A stretch of 64,000 bases of DNA from Octopus vulgaris (GCA_951406725.2 OX597816.1:99386001-99450000); one strand, 5' to 3'. Positions 26,961 to 39,601 are shown, counted from the first letter of the stretch. The notes: generated by a model not told the origin, from the sequence alone. Program-made: numbers and translations.

Positions 26961-26998
26961 CTGTTACTCTGAGTTTCTCGTTGCCGTTCATCAGACAG
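26961..26998 (-). ncRNA. Minimal type I hammerhead motif, left arm
   Basis: Reverse complement of 27347-27384. Confidence 0.7.
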
Positions 26999-27346
26999 TT
27001 TTTGCTAGAATGGAACCGATATATCAATTCAATCTAGACTCTTACAAACGCTACACCTTTAAAAAAAATGGAGTTGTTTGATTGGCCCTTTAGAAAAAAC
27101 GGTCAATCTTCGAGCGATAAACAAAAAAAGCTAAAAAATATATGTATATATATATAAAAAGTTATAAATTAAAAATTTTATAATTTTTAACATATATATA
27201 CATATATTTTTGAGCTTTTTTTGTTTATCGCTCGAACATTTACCGTTTTTTCTAAAGGGCCAATCAAACAAGTCCATTTTTTTTAAAGGTGTAGCGTTTG
27301 TAAGAGTCTAGATTGAATTGATATATCGGTTCCATTCTAGCAAAAA

Positions 27347-27384
27347 CTGTCTGATGAACGGCAACGAGAAACTCAGAGTAACAG
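27347..27384 (+). ncRNA. Minimal type I hammerhead motif, right arm
   Basis: CUGU-CUGAUGA-ACG(GCAA)CGA-GAA-ACUC(A)GAGU-A-ACAG: canonical core, short helix II with GNRA loop and one mismatch, GUA cleavage triplet. Confidence 0.7.
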
Positions 27385-27427
27385 ATTTTGTTGAATTTTC
27401 TGCTGCTTAAAATAAAGTATATATATA

Positions 27428-27537
27428 TAGTGAGAATTTACAGAAAACAAAAGACGAAGACGGGTGTGTAAACAACAAACAGGTGTATTAGTTTAACGCT
27501 CGGGGTGTGAGAAAGTCTTTTACGTTTCGAACCTACG
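27428..27537 (-). mobile_element. Truncated hammerhead-type mini-element related to 42091-42302
   Basis: aacaaaagacgaagacgggtg...gtattagt...cgctc...agtcttttacgtttcgaacctacg, cut off inside helix II by a SINE B fragment. Confidence 0.6.
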
Positions 27538-27692
27538 GTGGGCTTCTTTCAGTTTCCGACTACCAAATCGACCCACGAGGCTTTTTTCGGCCCGAAGCAA
27601 TAGTAGAAAATATGTTCCGATGGTGCCAGGTAGTGAGACTGAACTCGGAACCATGTGGTTGGAAAGCAACCTTATTACCACACAGCCATACC
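27538..27692 (-). mobile_element. 5' part of family B SINE
   Basis: gggcttctttcagtttccg...gaaccatgtggttgg...ttaccacacagcca. Confidence 0.8.
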
Positions 27693-28519
27693 TAAGTACT
27701 GGAATCTATGAGGACAAACATGATTGTGTAATTTTATTTTAACACACTTCAGCACTTGAAATACTTCGATTGTTAAGACTAACTTAATCCCAATTTTGCA
27801 AGCCTCGGCATACTCCAGCAAATATGTCGATTGTTGCTTGCATATATATACGAACAGGAATCGCAGCCCTGCACTAAGTGCTAGTAGTGGTGTCTACTAA
27901 TGAGAAAACAAAATTACGCCGAAACCCTATGTCTAGTGGTTTCCTGATATCATTTGGAGCATGGTTTGATCTGTTTTTACCCAAAGAATTTATACTGAAA
28001 TTCTTTTTTCTGAGACTGAATCCTGCAGCGAATGCCTTTTACGTTCTTGTGTGCAGCCGTATCTTAAAAACAACTGTACACATATTCATTGCAATTACTC
28101 TCTGCTTCGTAAGCTTACACTAAAATTCTCTATGTTCACGTGTGTGAGTGTACATGTGTACACAAATGCGTATATTCATGCACTCATCTGTGTGTATGTA
28201 TTACACTGGGTGTGTGTGTGTGTGTCACTAGCTTTCAATCTAGTCGACTTCGTGACGCACCGTCTCATTACACATACTTGTGTATGACGAAATAATAAAC
28301 AACATGTTTTTCAAGTATTACTGTGAATATTCTAAAAATTAAAACATATATTTCTTTTAAAGTTGCTGCGCAACTAAATACACTTAGCGGCACACCTTTT
28401 CCGAATCACTAACAATCACTAATGTGTGTGTCCAACTGTGTACACGCATATATATGCATGTAGGTATATGTCGATAGATAGATATATATAGATATACATA
28501 CATGTATGTGTGTGTGCAT

Positions 28520-28688
28520 GTGTGAGTAAGAAGCTTGTAAGTAGCTTGCTTACCAACCACATGGTTCTGGGTTCAGTCCTACTACGTGGTACCATGGGCA
28601 AGTGTTTTCTGCTATAGCCTCGGGCCGACTAAAGACTTGTGAGTGGATTTGATAGACGGAAACTGAAAGAAGCCCGACTTATATATAT

Positions 28689-28727
<39 letters not shown>

Positions 28728-28937
28728 TTTGTGTATCTGTGTGTGTCCCCTACCATCACTTGACAACTGATGTTCGTGTGTCTACGTTTCTACGTCCCTA
28801 CAACTTAGCGGTTCGGCAAAAGAAACAGACAGATTAAGTACTAGGCTTAGAAAGACTAAGTTCTGGGGTCGATTTCTTCGACTAAAGGCGCAGCATGGCC
28901 GCAGTCAAATGACTGAAACAAATAAAAGAGTAAAAGA
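28520..28937 (+). mobile_element. Family B SINE
   Basis: Matches 25047-25516 throughout. Confidence 0.85.
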
Positions 28938-29016
28938 CGTGTGTGTGTATGTATGTATGTATGTATGTATGTATGTATGTATGTATGTATGTATGTATGT
29001 ATGTATGTATGTATGT

Positions 29017-29400
29017 AGGCAGGCATGGCTGTGTAGTAAGAGTTTTGCTTCCCAACCACATGGTTCCGAGTTTTGTTGTATGGCGTATCACCTCGGCTAA
29101 GTGTTTTCTACTCTAGCCCCGGGTCCTTGTGGGTGGATTTGGTAGAAGTAAATCGAAAGAAGCCCATTTTGCATATATGTCCGTTTGCCTGTCTGTTTGT
29201 CTTTCTGTTTGTTAGTATGTATGTATGTATGTATGTATGTATGTATGTATGTATGTATGCATGCATGCATGTATGTATGAGTTTCATCCTCGTAACTTAG
29301 CGGCTCAGCAAAAGAGCCCAGTAGGTTAAATACCAGACTTAAGAAAAAGTAAGGAGCGGGAAGAGGTTCGATTTGTTCGACTAAACCTCTCGACAAAAAC
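29017..29400 (+). mobile_element. Family B SINE, older copy
   Basis: ggcatggctgtgtagtaag...ccaaccacatggttccg...gtaacttagcggctcagcaaaagag...tcgatttgttcgactaaa. Confidence 0.75.
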
Positions 29401-30142
29401 AAAAAATAAAAGACGTAAACGAACGTATATAAATACACAAATTGTAAGCGCGCCCACACAGCATGACATACTAGAAATAACAGCCAGGTTTCTCTCCCGG
29501 CGTATAAATGACACGTTGAATTATTATGGCATTGGTTGGCATGGCCTTTCCCCTTGCGTGTCTGCATCTATTAGGGCTGTTTTGAATCTAAAACAACAAC
29601 AGCAGAAATTCACTTGTTCCTCTGCTTAACTTCCACTACAATTACCACTATATCTAACAACACTACTAATAATGATACTGTTGCTGCTGCTCCTGCTGCT
29701 GCTGTTACTACTACTACTACTACTACTACTAAGAATAACACAGCATCAACGGAAAGATTTTACGTGGTTTCTCACTCTGCTACTTATAGCAGCCAAATAT
29801 CCTTTCTCAAATCAAACCCAAAGTGTTAAATAGACAATGAAGGGATTCATACAAATTAGTTCCTGATAGGCTAAATATACTGGATGGTCATGGTTAGAAT
29901 GTCTTTCTTGGAAGAAAGGACAAGTCTTTGAAATCAACTAACCCCTTCCCCAAAAATGTCAGGCCTTGTGCCTATAACAGAAAGGATTATTATTTTCATT
30001 ATTATCATTTCAAATTTCGCCTAGGTCGACTTTGCCTTCCATCCTTTCGGAGTCGATAAATTACATACCAGTTAAGTGCTAGATTCGATGTAACTGAATT
30101 GCCTCCTCCCACAAATTTCAGGTCTTCTGCCTATAGTAGAAA

Positions 30143-30144
<2 letters not shown>

Positions 30145-30187
<43 letters not shown>

Positions 30188-30259
30188 TGTTATTAGAGTT
30201 TTTGTTTCTCGTTCAATTTTGTTTCCATTTCTTGCCGAGTGTCTTCCCAACACCTAGGA

Positions 30260-30326
<67 letters not shown>

Positions 30327-30333
30327 ACTGCTG

Positions 30334-30365
<32 letters not shown>
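30145..30365. repeat. (ATT)n and (CTA)/(CTG)n microsatellites
   Basis: Directly visible. Confidence 0.9.
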
Positions 30366-30366
<1 letters not shown>

Positions 30367-32793
30367 TAGTTTTATTCAATCAAGAAACAGCGACAAAATT
30401 ACCAATACCACTGCTACATACACTTGTGGCAGCTTAACAACTACAGTTACTTGTAGAAACGTAATACCAACAGTATCAATGTATTACTAGACGTCATCTA
30501 TCAACACCATTACTAACAACAATGCAACTACAAACATTGCCATAGCTGTCATAGCATCAGAACGGCCGCCATCACAGCTACTACTACTACCACCATGTTT
30601 TGGTTTTGTGAAGGTGATTACATACTTTTAACAGTAGCAGAATGAAGGGTGATGTTTAGAGGGTTGTAGAGAAGTAATAGGGAATACAGACCGATGAACA
30701 GACAGAAAGAAAGAAAGGCAGATATACAGATGTAGAAAGATAGAAAGACACAAACATACATGGTAAGAAAGAATGATGAAAGAAAGAAAGAAATGTATGA
30801 AAGAAAGAAAGAAATGTATGAATGAATGAATGAATGACAGGCAGGCATATAGATGGTAAGAAAGAGTGAATGAATGATAAAGAAGATAGAAACGTAGATA
30901 GATAGACAGACAGAAAGAAAGAAAGCAAAAGAAATTGGATGAAAGAAAGAAGGAAGGAAGAAAGAAAGAAATTCAAAGTGCGAATAATTGAATTCTTTAA
31001 GCAACCTCACTGACAGTAGTATTTGCGATGTGATCGATTTAAGATCAATCATGTTACTATCACTGGACCCCTAAACCTTTGTTATTATGAAGTTGTCACT
31101 AGGCCAAAATACTTCTAATCAATCATTTATACCTTATTGGCCCCTATCTGCAAATAGGGACAGTCATCCTGACATCTCCAGATCAATTACAATTCTTAAA
31201 CAAGATATTTCACTTTAAACCAGATGTTTCGCTTTTTAATTATTCACTCTTCCAATGACTGTTTCTCTTAAGAAGAAATCTCTATCTTTCTATTGATCAT
31301 TCCTTGATATAAAAAAAACTTTAGAGTGTATCCTGAACTCGTACATCAGTTTTCGGCTCTTTTTTGAGTTGCCACAATCTGTAGGTATTTAAACGCTAGG
31401 TGAATAAGTATTTTTACACTGACCTCACTCATGACAAGCATCTAATGAACCAAAGGAGAGTGTGAACTGAGGTTAAATAACAACAACAGCAACTAAATTG
31501 CAACGAACTGTATTCATCACTGGAGCATAAAAGAAGGCGGCGGTTATTGTAACCATTGGTCATTCCTGACAGGCACTTTTACACAGTCCATCAGAGAGTT
31601 CTGTTTTAAAGTTCTTTAGCTATATTTTGATAGCATGACAGATCGAAATGAACTTTAACTTCTGAATTAGTCTCAAGTCAGTGAAGTGTATTTTTTCTGC
31701 TTGTTTATAGTTGCGTTGGAGCGGTTAAAGATCAATCATTTTGTATAAGAAAAATACTGCAGTCCAGGGAAACACATTTTTTTCTCTCATCTCGATACTT
31801 CCAAATAAATGTTGATAATGTTGTGCAGTGTTCACAGAACAGTATATGAATGAAATATTGTGCTATTGAATTCGAATGCAGTAAAACAAAATTCGAGTGC
31901 TAGCAAACATTATTGCATAATACGAAATTATGTATCTACAAAGCATTCGTTCATTGGAATCTGCATTTAATAGTAAGATTTTAGCAGAGTATTTGTTTAT
32001 TGTGCTGGGAAAGTTTTACCAAGCAACTGCACCAAAGAAGTATGGTGTTTGTGTATAACAACTCTTGCAATTTATGGCACTCAGATTCTGCTCCTACACT
32101 TAGAACTACATTAAATTGATACTTTCAAGTTGCACACATATTTCCATTGTAAGCATATACTGAGTGATGTTATATCTTGTTGTATAATCTACCCAAACTA
32201 CACAGACACACACACACACGTGCAGTATGTATTTATATTTACGTGTGTGCAATGTGTAAGTGTATATGAATGTGTATACATATGTGCTCATTTTTACATA
32301 TGAATTTTTTGTGTATATATATATATATATATATATATGCATTTATGTATGTGTATACACATGTATGTATATGGGCATACGTGTATGTGCATATATCTAT
32401 ATGTATATTTAAACACACATACATATGTGTGCATAGTGCGTATACATGTAGTATTTATGATGTGGGATGAGCATGTATAGATGAATGTGCTTACATTGTG
32501 TATATGCATACGTATGTGTATAATATTCCCGTGTGTTTATATAGCACCTGCTCTGCTGCTATTGCTGCTGCATTCTGTCGCTTTGAGGAATAAGAGGCCG
32601 GCAAGTCAAAGGTAAAAAGCCATTGTTACTGGTCTTATGAAGGAAGTTTGATGGTGTTACTGCTAGTCTCTTGGTTTGCTGGACAACTTGCACAACCGGC
32701 AAGCAGTACCATTTTAGCATCTCAACTCTGCCTGATGTGCTTTAGTTTTAATAAATTATAACTTTGGTTTTGACAAACGCGAATCAACGAGAA

Positions 32794-32861
<68 letters not shown>

Positions 32862-32979
32862 GGAACAATTGTGTTATGTTGAAACTTGGTAATGGTTGAA
32901 CTCAGCTTTAAATGCACAAAACCTGCTGTAGGTTGCTACGATACTATTGCACTTCATCAAGAGTTGAAAGTCTAAGGCT

Positions 32980-33510
32980 TTTATACATATGTGTAATGTA
33001 ATAGAGTAATGAAGACGTGGGATTGTTGTGTGACATAATACAGGGTACTGCACGGTTAATCTATTGTAGAGTAATAATTTAACATTATATAACAGTACAG
33101 TGCTGTGTAGTACAGCAACATATAGCTCAGTACAGTTTCCTAGAAACAATGTAATGTAATACATTGTAACATAATGCATGATATACTGTATAGTGTAATG
33201 AGGTGTAGTGTTGTAAATATAATATATTGAAGTTGAATAAAATGTGGTGTATTTCAAATCATTGTGACACAATGTAGAGCCGAGAATCTATTGTAGTGTA
33301 TTATAGTGGAGTAGTGACCAGTGCCGTGAAATGTAGCTTAGCACAGTATAGTGTCATGTAATATATTATGTATTGTTGCTTATCAAAGAGCAATATATTG
33401 TAGTTTGCTGTAATACAGGATAATGTAATATCATACATTGCGCTATCGTGTTGTAGATTGTAGTATAGTATCATGTATATTTTAGTACAACATAGTGTAT
33501 AATATTGTGA
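32980..33510. repeat. Decayed pentamer-like (TAGTG/TACTG/TAATG) low-complexity satellite
   Basis: Recurrent tgtagta/tacagta/tgtaat words; similar tracts at 34330-34540, 60700-61290 and 61850-62150. Confidence 0.5.
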
Positions 33511-33899
33511 CATTGGAAGATGCACCAATAAACGCACGTACCAGTTCACCTTCACTTGAGATTTATTATTATTAGTTAATGGTTATTTTATCTATATCCT
33601 TTTACTACACATTCTGTGACGTCCTCAATTATTATTTGCTCTTCTGTGTGTCACCACTTCTTTCTGGCCTTGTTCTGTTTACTCCATCTTGTCTTTCTGT
33701 GGTACGTATCCTTGTCTACGCATACATTTACATCTGTGCTTGTTTGTGTGTTTGTGTGTGTGTGTGCATGTGTATGTGTGCTTGGTATACGTATGTGTAC
33801 TTTGTGTACATGCATGTGGGTTTGTATATTGTATTGTTAGAACCTGCGTCCCCATTTTTTTCTACCTGTGCTCTATTCTATCTCCAGTAGTTAGGCTGC

Positions 33900-34230
33900 G
33901 GGGTGCAGGATATTACCATCTCATTCATGCTTTCTGTTGAGAACCGGCCTACTTTCTATCGTTTGTGTGGTCTCCACAATTTTTCTGATTATTGTGTAGA
34001 TAGGATCTTAACTTCTATGTTATCTGTCGAGCTCCCATGTTCTTAAGCATTGACAACCTCTTTTTCCTTCTTGAATTTTCACCAATGTCATTTCATCCTC
34101 TCTGCTATGTTATGGGCTGTCTCTACAATATATGCTGTTGTCATGTGTTTTGCACCGCCCCTCTATGCATTTTATTCTATAGCCTGCATTCCTAGTTTTG
34201 CAGTTTACTTACAGGCTTACACTACACATT
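33900..34230 (-). mobile_element. Decayed Penelope-like GIY-YIG fragment
   Basis: Minus-strand broken frame CKTRNAGYRIKC...AYIVETAHNIAERMK*H...EVKILS...RPVLNRKHE. Confidence 0.55.
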
Positions 34231-35488
34231 ATATAGTTCCTATTAGCACCGAGGGATTTTCGAAAGAGTATGTCCTACTATTCCTGGGCCAGGAAACACG
34301 TCAAAAATCTTGCAAAACAAATACATAAACGTAATAGTGTAGAACGTATATACTGCAACGAATATAGTATAATGTAGTACATTTTAATATAATATAATTT
34401 TGAACTGGTATAATGTGGCCCTTTGTAATACAGTATTCTGTTATGTACATTTTAGAGAAATATGTTTTAATGTAGTATACTCTAATATCTAATGCAGTAC
34501 ATTGCAGTATCTTATAACAAACTACAGTGTACTATGCTATTCTTTTTCTTCTTCCTCTTCTTCTTTTCCGACAGCGGTTGTTTCATTTTCTTCTCATTAA
34601 ATACTAGATAAAGCTTGATTTAGCAAGATCTGTGATCGATGGCATTCCAGCCGTGACTCTCTCGCCTTGTATCTACATATCCTTCATCCAGTACCACATT
34701 GTTCAATCACTCCTATTTTTAAGATATTGGAGCGTGATTTAAGGAGATACGATTGCTATTTCTCTTGGGTTGATCTACTTCATAGATGTCCTCTAATTGA
34801 CTTGTTTCTCTTGTTTTTTTTGTTGTTATTTGTATCTCTGATGCTTCAATTGATATTGTTAAACTTACATGTAATACAAGCTGTTGCTATTGTTTAGCCC
34901 CCAAGTTAGCTCTGATCGAGTTGATCTATTATAAAAGGAGCTACAGACACGATTATGTCATCTTTCCTAATATATACGACTAGTACTATACACTGCACGA
35001 CTACTTGGCGAAGAGTGCATGTGTGGGGTGTATCTGTGCCTGTCTGTGTCTGTGCGTTTGTGTGTTTTACCATAATCTCAAGTCAACCAAAGCGTTGTGA
35101 ATAAAATTTAGAAGACTGAAAGTGAGGGAGCTTGACGAAAGAACCATTCCTGTTTTAGGGTGAAATACTTAAATAATCGTATTGGTTTCATGCCACCACA
35201 TGCCCTTTCGGTGCTTTTAACGAAGTCCACTCTGTCACAAACCGGTCTCCAGTCTGATGATAACTTCCTTCTTTTCTCCTATTAGTATTAAAGGCCCTGA
35301 CTAAATAATGGAAGACTCTAGAAACAAACTGCACCAATATTCCCTTTCTTCAATATGGCTATGTATTGCTACTGTCTCTGATTTCTTTCTTTTCTTAAGA
35401 TGCTGGAGTGTGAGTTTGAGAACGTTGATTGCTGTTTCTGACAAAGTTGGTGGTGTGATTGCACAGAGACTCTTTCGCTGGCTTTCAA

Positions 35489-35489
<1 letters not shown>

Positions 35490-35564
<75 letters not shown>

Positions 35565-35935
35565 TGTAGCAGTAGTAGCAGCAGTAGTAGCAGCAGCAGC
35601 AGCAGCAGCAGCAGCTGCTGCTGCTGCTTTTGTTGTTGTTGCTGTTGTTGTTGTTGTTGTTGTTGCTGTTGTTGTAAAATCGAAATATCGTCTAGAAAAG
35701 ATAACTTCAGAAGGTTCGCTTTTACAGATGCTTTGTTTCAAACAACGATAAAGCATGATGATAGTGATGGCTATGATGATGATAAGGAGGAGGGGGATTG
35801 TTATGATGATGATGGTGATGATGATGACGACGACGATGATAGTGGTAATGGTAGTGGTGGTGGCGGCGGTTGTCGTCGTCGCCGACGTGACGCTGAAGAA
35901 GACGACGAAGATGACGATAATAAAAATAATAATAA
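35490..35935. repeat. Compound trinucleotide tract (GTA/GCA/GTT/GAT)n
   Basis: Directly visible; gives spurious poly-T/A/V/D ORFs. Confidence 0.9.
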
Positions 35936-35939
35936 TACT

Positions 35940-36270
35940 TACTTTTATTGGCAACAAGGGCCGAATACAAAACAAATAGGGACAATACAATACTAGGGAC
36001 AAGTGGTGTGTTGAACAATGCTGTGTATACAATAAGTAACAAAAAACAAATAAAATAAAACAATTAAGCAACAAAAATTCCCCAAAAGGTGGGAGTTCTT
36101 CATAGGGAAAGCCGCAGAACCACACACAACCTGATTATCCCGACCACCAGGTGCACCTCAGCTGGCGCCTCTCTCTCTTTCTCGATTCCTCCGGTTTACA
36201 ATCGAAAGTCAGAGTAGGCCAATTCACACGAGCTATACTCGCTATATACACCCACCTTTCAACAAATTTA
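35940..36270 (-). mobile_element. 3' end of a Tx1/L1-like LINE
   Basis: Minus strand KFVERWVYIASIARVN, then a T-rich UTR ending gcccttgttgccaataaa; resembles 38718-39030 and 51285-51707. Confidence 0.5.
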
Positions 36271-36530
36271 TTGATCCAACCAAATATAAAGTTAAACACG
36301 ACAGAGCTGACCAATACATTCACGGGAAAATTTTGCTGTTGAACACGTAGAAAGCGTGTATAAATACCAATCTAAAGTTACGATATCACCATCCTTGGGA
36401 CTTTACAGTACATACTGTTCACACAATTAATGACATCTACCAAATATTATTGTTAAAGACACGAGACCAAGGAACTTGTTAAAACTGAAATAAACAGGAT
36501 GTGCCATGTGGATACGGAAATAAGAGCAAT

Positions 36531-37657
36531 TAGTTAGTTAGTTAGTTAGTTAATTTGGCTCAAAAGCAAATAGCAAGGCCATGTAGGGGGACATGGAGTT
36601 AAGTACAGGGTGGTGTTCATGTAAAGAGTTCAGGCCACTTGAGGTCCAGGGAGGCTTTGAACAAAGCGGTCGTCGGCATCTTCACCATCTCGTCTGGCAG
36701 CTTGTTCCACGGATCCGCAACCCGGACGGAGAAAGCTCCTCTCCTTCGATTAAGATGAAATCGTCGCAGGTAGAGCTTTTCGGAATGACCCCGCAGCCGA
36801 CGCTCTGGAGCAGGAGTGAAGAACAGCTCTTTCGAGAGGTTACACTTTCCGCTTATGATGTTCTGGGCGAGAATGAGATCACCACGGCGGCGGCGTTTTT
36901 CAAGAGAATAAAGGTCGAGCGTCCTCAGCCTTTCTTCGTAGGACAAATTTTTGAGACCATGAACCATGCGGGTAGCCAGCTTCTGGACTCTTTCGAGATG
37001 CTGTATGTCTTTGAGGAGATAAGGAGAAGAGGCTTGAATCCCATACTCCAATATGGGTCTCACCAGCGTGACATAGAGTGGTAGGAATATGGCTGCCGTG
37101 AGCATTCCGAATGACCGTCGAATCAAGAACAGAATTCCGCGTGCTTTGTTGGCAGCATGGACGCACTGGGCCGAAGGCGAAAAGGAGGAATCCACCAAGA
37201 TACCCAGGTCCTTTACCCGATCGGTCCTCTCCAGCAGCAGACGACCCGGCTCAAAATCAAGTTGAGTTGCAGGAGTAGAGCCGACAGGCAGATGACAGCA
37301 CTTTGACACGTTCAGACACAGGTCCCAATCGTTAGACCACTTCCAAATTTGGTGGAGGCATCGACGAAGATCCTCTATATTACCGCGAGGAGCGACCAGT
37401 TTGATATCGTCGGCAAATAGAAGGGTGTGTTGCGTGAGGTCGTCGGGCAAGTCATTTATGAAGACTAAGAACAACAAGGGCCCAAGCACTGAACCTTGAG
37501 GCACGCCACTGCTCGCACTGGAGACGTCGGACCGCGAACCATTAACTTGGACTTGGAAGGAGCGATCTGAGAGGAAGGCACCAACCCATCGTACAATATC
37601 CGGATGGAAACTATATGCTTGAAGCTTGACAAGTAATAGGCGGTGGTTTACCGAGTT
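36531..37657 (-). mobile_element. Young 5'-truncated CR1-clade LINE
   Basis: (TAAC)n tail at 36531-36552, gcaat duplicated at 36526-36530 and 37658-37662, GC/CpG-rich, uninterrupted ORF2 C-terminal half. Confidence 0.92.
36617..37657 (-). CDS. CR1 ORF2 reverse transcriptase, C-terminal part (no true start)
   Basis: Open from NSVNHRLLL through GVPQGSVLGP, LFADD, KDLG, RPILEY, YEERL...LEKRRRRGDLI, RGH to the stop. Confidence 0.9.
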   Translation of the reverse strand, partial: NSVNHRLLLVKLQAYSFHPDIVRWVGAFLSDRSFQVQVNGSRSDVSSASSGVPQGSVLGPLLFLVFINDLPDDLTQHTLLFADDIKLVAPRGNIEDLRRCLHQIWKWSNDWDLCLNVSKCCHLPVGSTPATQLDFEPGRLLLERTDRVKDLGILVDSSFSPSAQCVHAANKARGILFLIRRSFGMLTAAIFLPLYVTLVRPILEYGIQASSPYLLKDIQHLERVQKLATRMVHGLKNLSYEERLRTLDLYSLEKRRRRGDLILAQNIISGKCNLSKELFFTPAPERRLRGHSEKLYLRRFHLNRRRGAFSVRVADPWNKLPDEMVKMPTTALFKASLDLKWPELFT

Positions 37658-38054
37658 GCAATAGAAGCACTAGGAACCATAGAAAAAGAAACAATGCCTT
37701 CTTCGACAAACTTCCGGACAAACCCAACATTTACGAAATCCAGCAAATAGAACTATACAGTACGGCTCACACTCTACGTAAGTTCTTTTCCTCGTAGTCT
37801 AAACTCTCAAAACCTTTTTTTTGTTTTTGATTTTTTTAAACCAAGAATGAAAACCCAATAGGACTAAAGCTTTTTTGGACAGTAAACATGACTCTAAATT
37901 ATTGGTTGCCGCTTGGCAGAAATTATTATTTTATTGACTCTGACAGGGTGAAAGGCAAAGTCGACCTGAGCGGTATTTGAAATCAGAACGTAAACTCAAA
38001 GAAATGTAGCTAAGCATTTTGTCTAGAGTACTAACGATCGGTCAACTCACTACC

Positions 38055-38105
<51 letters not shown>

Positions 38106-38113
38106 TTAATAAT

Positions 38114-38668
38114 AAATGCCCTGATGCAGTACCAAGTAGTAGCTCTCATAGCTTCTAATCTTAACTGATTGGAAGTGTTATCATGTACATTGTTTTGTCT
38201 TTCTATAAAAGATGGGCTACAGCAAATATTTTGCTCAATACCACAGATTTGCTTGTCAGTTGTTTGGCCATAACCAGTTGACCATGTCCCTTAGTGACTG
38301 ACGATATGTGCATCTCTGATCACGAGTAGAAGTAGTGGGGGAGCATCATAGCCATGTGTTGAGAGGGATTCTTTGGGGTTTCAATAATTCACCTCTGGAA
38401 ACATGGATGTTTTATTCAACATCCTTAAACAACCCTTATTCAGGGACCTTTTGAGCGGGATGGGTTACTCAACCAGAAGAAAATTCTAATTGGGCCCCAC
38501 CTGCAAGGTCATGTACTGTTTATCTTGATATGATATGAGATCACCATGTCACGCACATATGGTTGTGATGCATGTGCCCTTATCAGACGGGTAGTCATGA
38601 AGAGTATACTGAGCCTCGTATATTTTACCCCAGTGTCACTTTGATGGCATACACTGCTCTCTCACTCA
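38114..38668. mobile_element. ~555-bp non-coding insertion within an (AAT)n microsatellite
   Basis: Sharp switch to complex, higher-GC sequence (aaatgccctgatgcagtacc...gctctctcactc) with (AAT)n on both sides. Confidence 0.6.
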
Positions 38669-38717
38669 ATAATAATAGTAATAACAACAACAGCAATAAT
38701 AATAATAGTAATAACAA

Positions 38718-39030
38718 TTTAAGTTCCACTTAGGAAGGAAAGGGAGGGTGGAGAGTGAAGTGCTAACTCACCATGAATTCGTAAAAAGATGAGTTACTGT
38801 CAAAAATGGTTAGAGTGAATGACCCTACTATAAGCATGCGCCTGTGTATTGGAGAACAACATTTGGGAGAAAACTCGTGCCTTTGGTGAGCAGTATAATC
38901 TGTGGGGTTCCTTTGTTGACCTTAGATATAGGAGGACTGTATCATTCAAGTTATCACATACTTAGTATACTTTGTATATTTATCGCATTTCACCTCCCTT
39001 CCATCTCTTTCTCTTCATCTTTTATGTAAA
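38718..39030 (+). mobile_element. 3' end of a Tx1/L1-like LINE
   Basis: FKFHLGRKGRVESEVLTHHEFVKR*VTV...RVNDPT, homologous to FNFHLLRRIRLEK...MNGTV at ~51285. Confidence 0.6.
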
Positions 39031-39096
39031 CCCCCACAGAAACTGCTAAAAATCCTTGTGATACCACCTCTTCTATATTCCTGAGACTGATGAAAG

Positions 39097-39601
39097 AAAT
39101 TATTATTACTATTGATTTGACTCAGGTTCGTTCTTATTCCTGGTAGAATTTATGTGGGCAGCAGATTACTATCTGTAACCTTAGGTATCCACAAACTTTC
39201 TATAGTCTTTCACGAGCTTAAAACTTTCTTGATAATCTTTCCAGTCCCTAAGAGGTATTTCCGTAGAAAGCTCTACAGAGTATTCTATCCCAATCTTCGT
39301 CAACCATTTGCCTACATCTTTACTCACAGTTCCCGGTGCACCAATTATTACTGGCACAGTAATATTCGTTCGTGCAATTTCAAATTTTAGGAGATTGTAT
39401 TTTTCCATCCTCTTTCTTTACAATGCTGGAATCAAATGGACATGGTGAATAAATTAGTAACTTCGCTTTTCTTTATCTCATTGTTATGTATGGTTTATTA
39501 TTTTTATAGATTCTTATCCGTTTGAATAGGAAAATCTCATAAAATTTTGCATTTCTCTTACTCTAACACTCTTTCGACCCGATGATCATACTATGTATCT
39601 C

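Larger units (their letters stand above)
26857..27422. mobile_element. Palindromic Penelope-pLTR-like element with ~240-bp inverted arms
   Basis: ~26923-27165 is the near-perfect reverse complement of ~27180-27422; (TA)n on both sides. Confidence 0.85.
36270..37800 (+). mobile_element. R4/Dong-like (restriction-like endonuclease) LINE relic split by a CR1 insertion
   Basis: KHDRADQYIH, ITIL(W)DFTVHT, NIIVKD, LKTEINRM...RAI|EALGTIEK...NIYEIQQIELYSTAHTLRKF; the frame is continuous when 36531-37662 is removed. Confidence 0.65.

Noticed and set aside
35301-36125. 274-aa ORF with poly-T/A/I runs
   Set aside because: Translation of trinucleotide microsatellites.
36593-37084. 163-aa plus-strand ORF
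   Set aside because: Antisense shadow of the CR1 RT frame.
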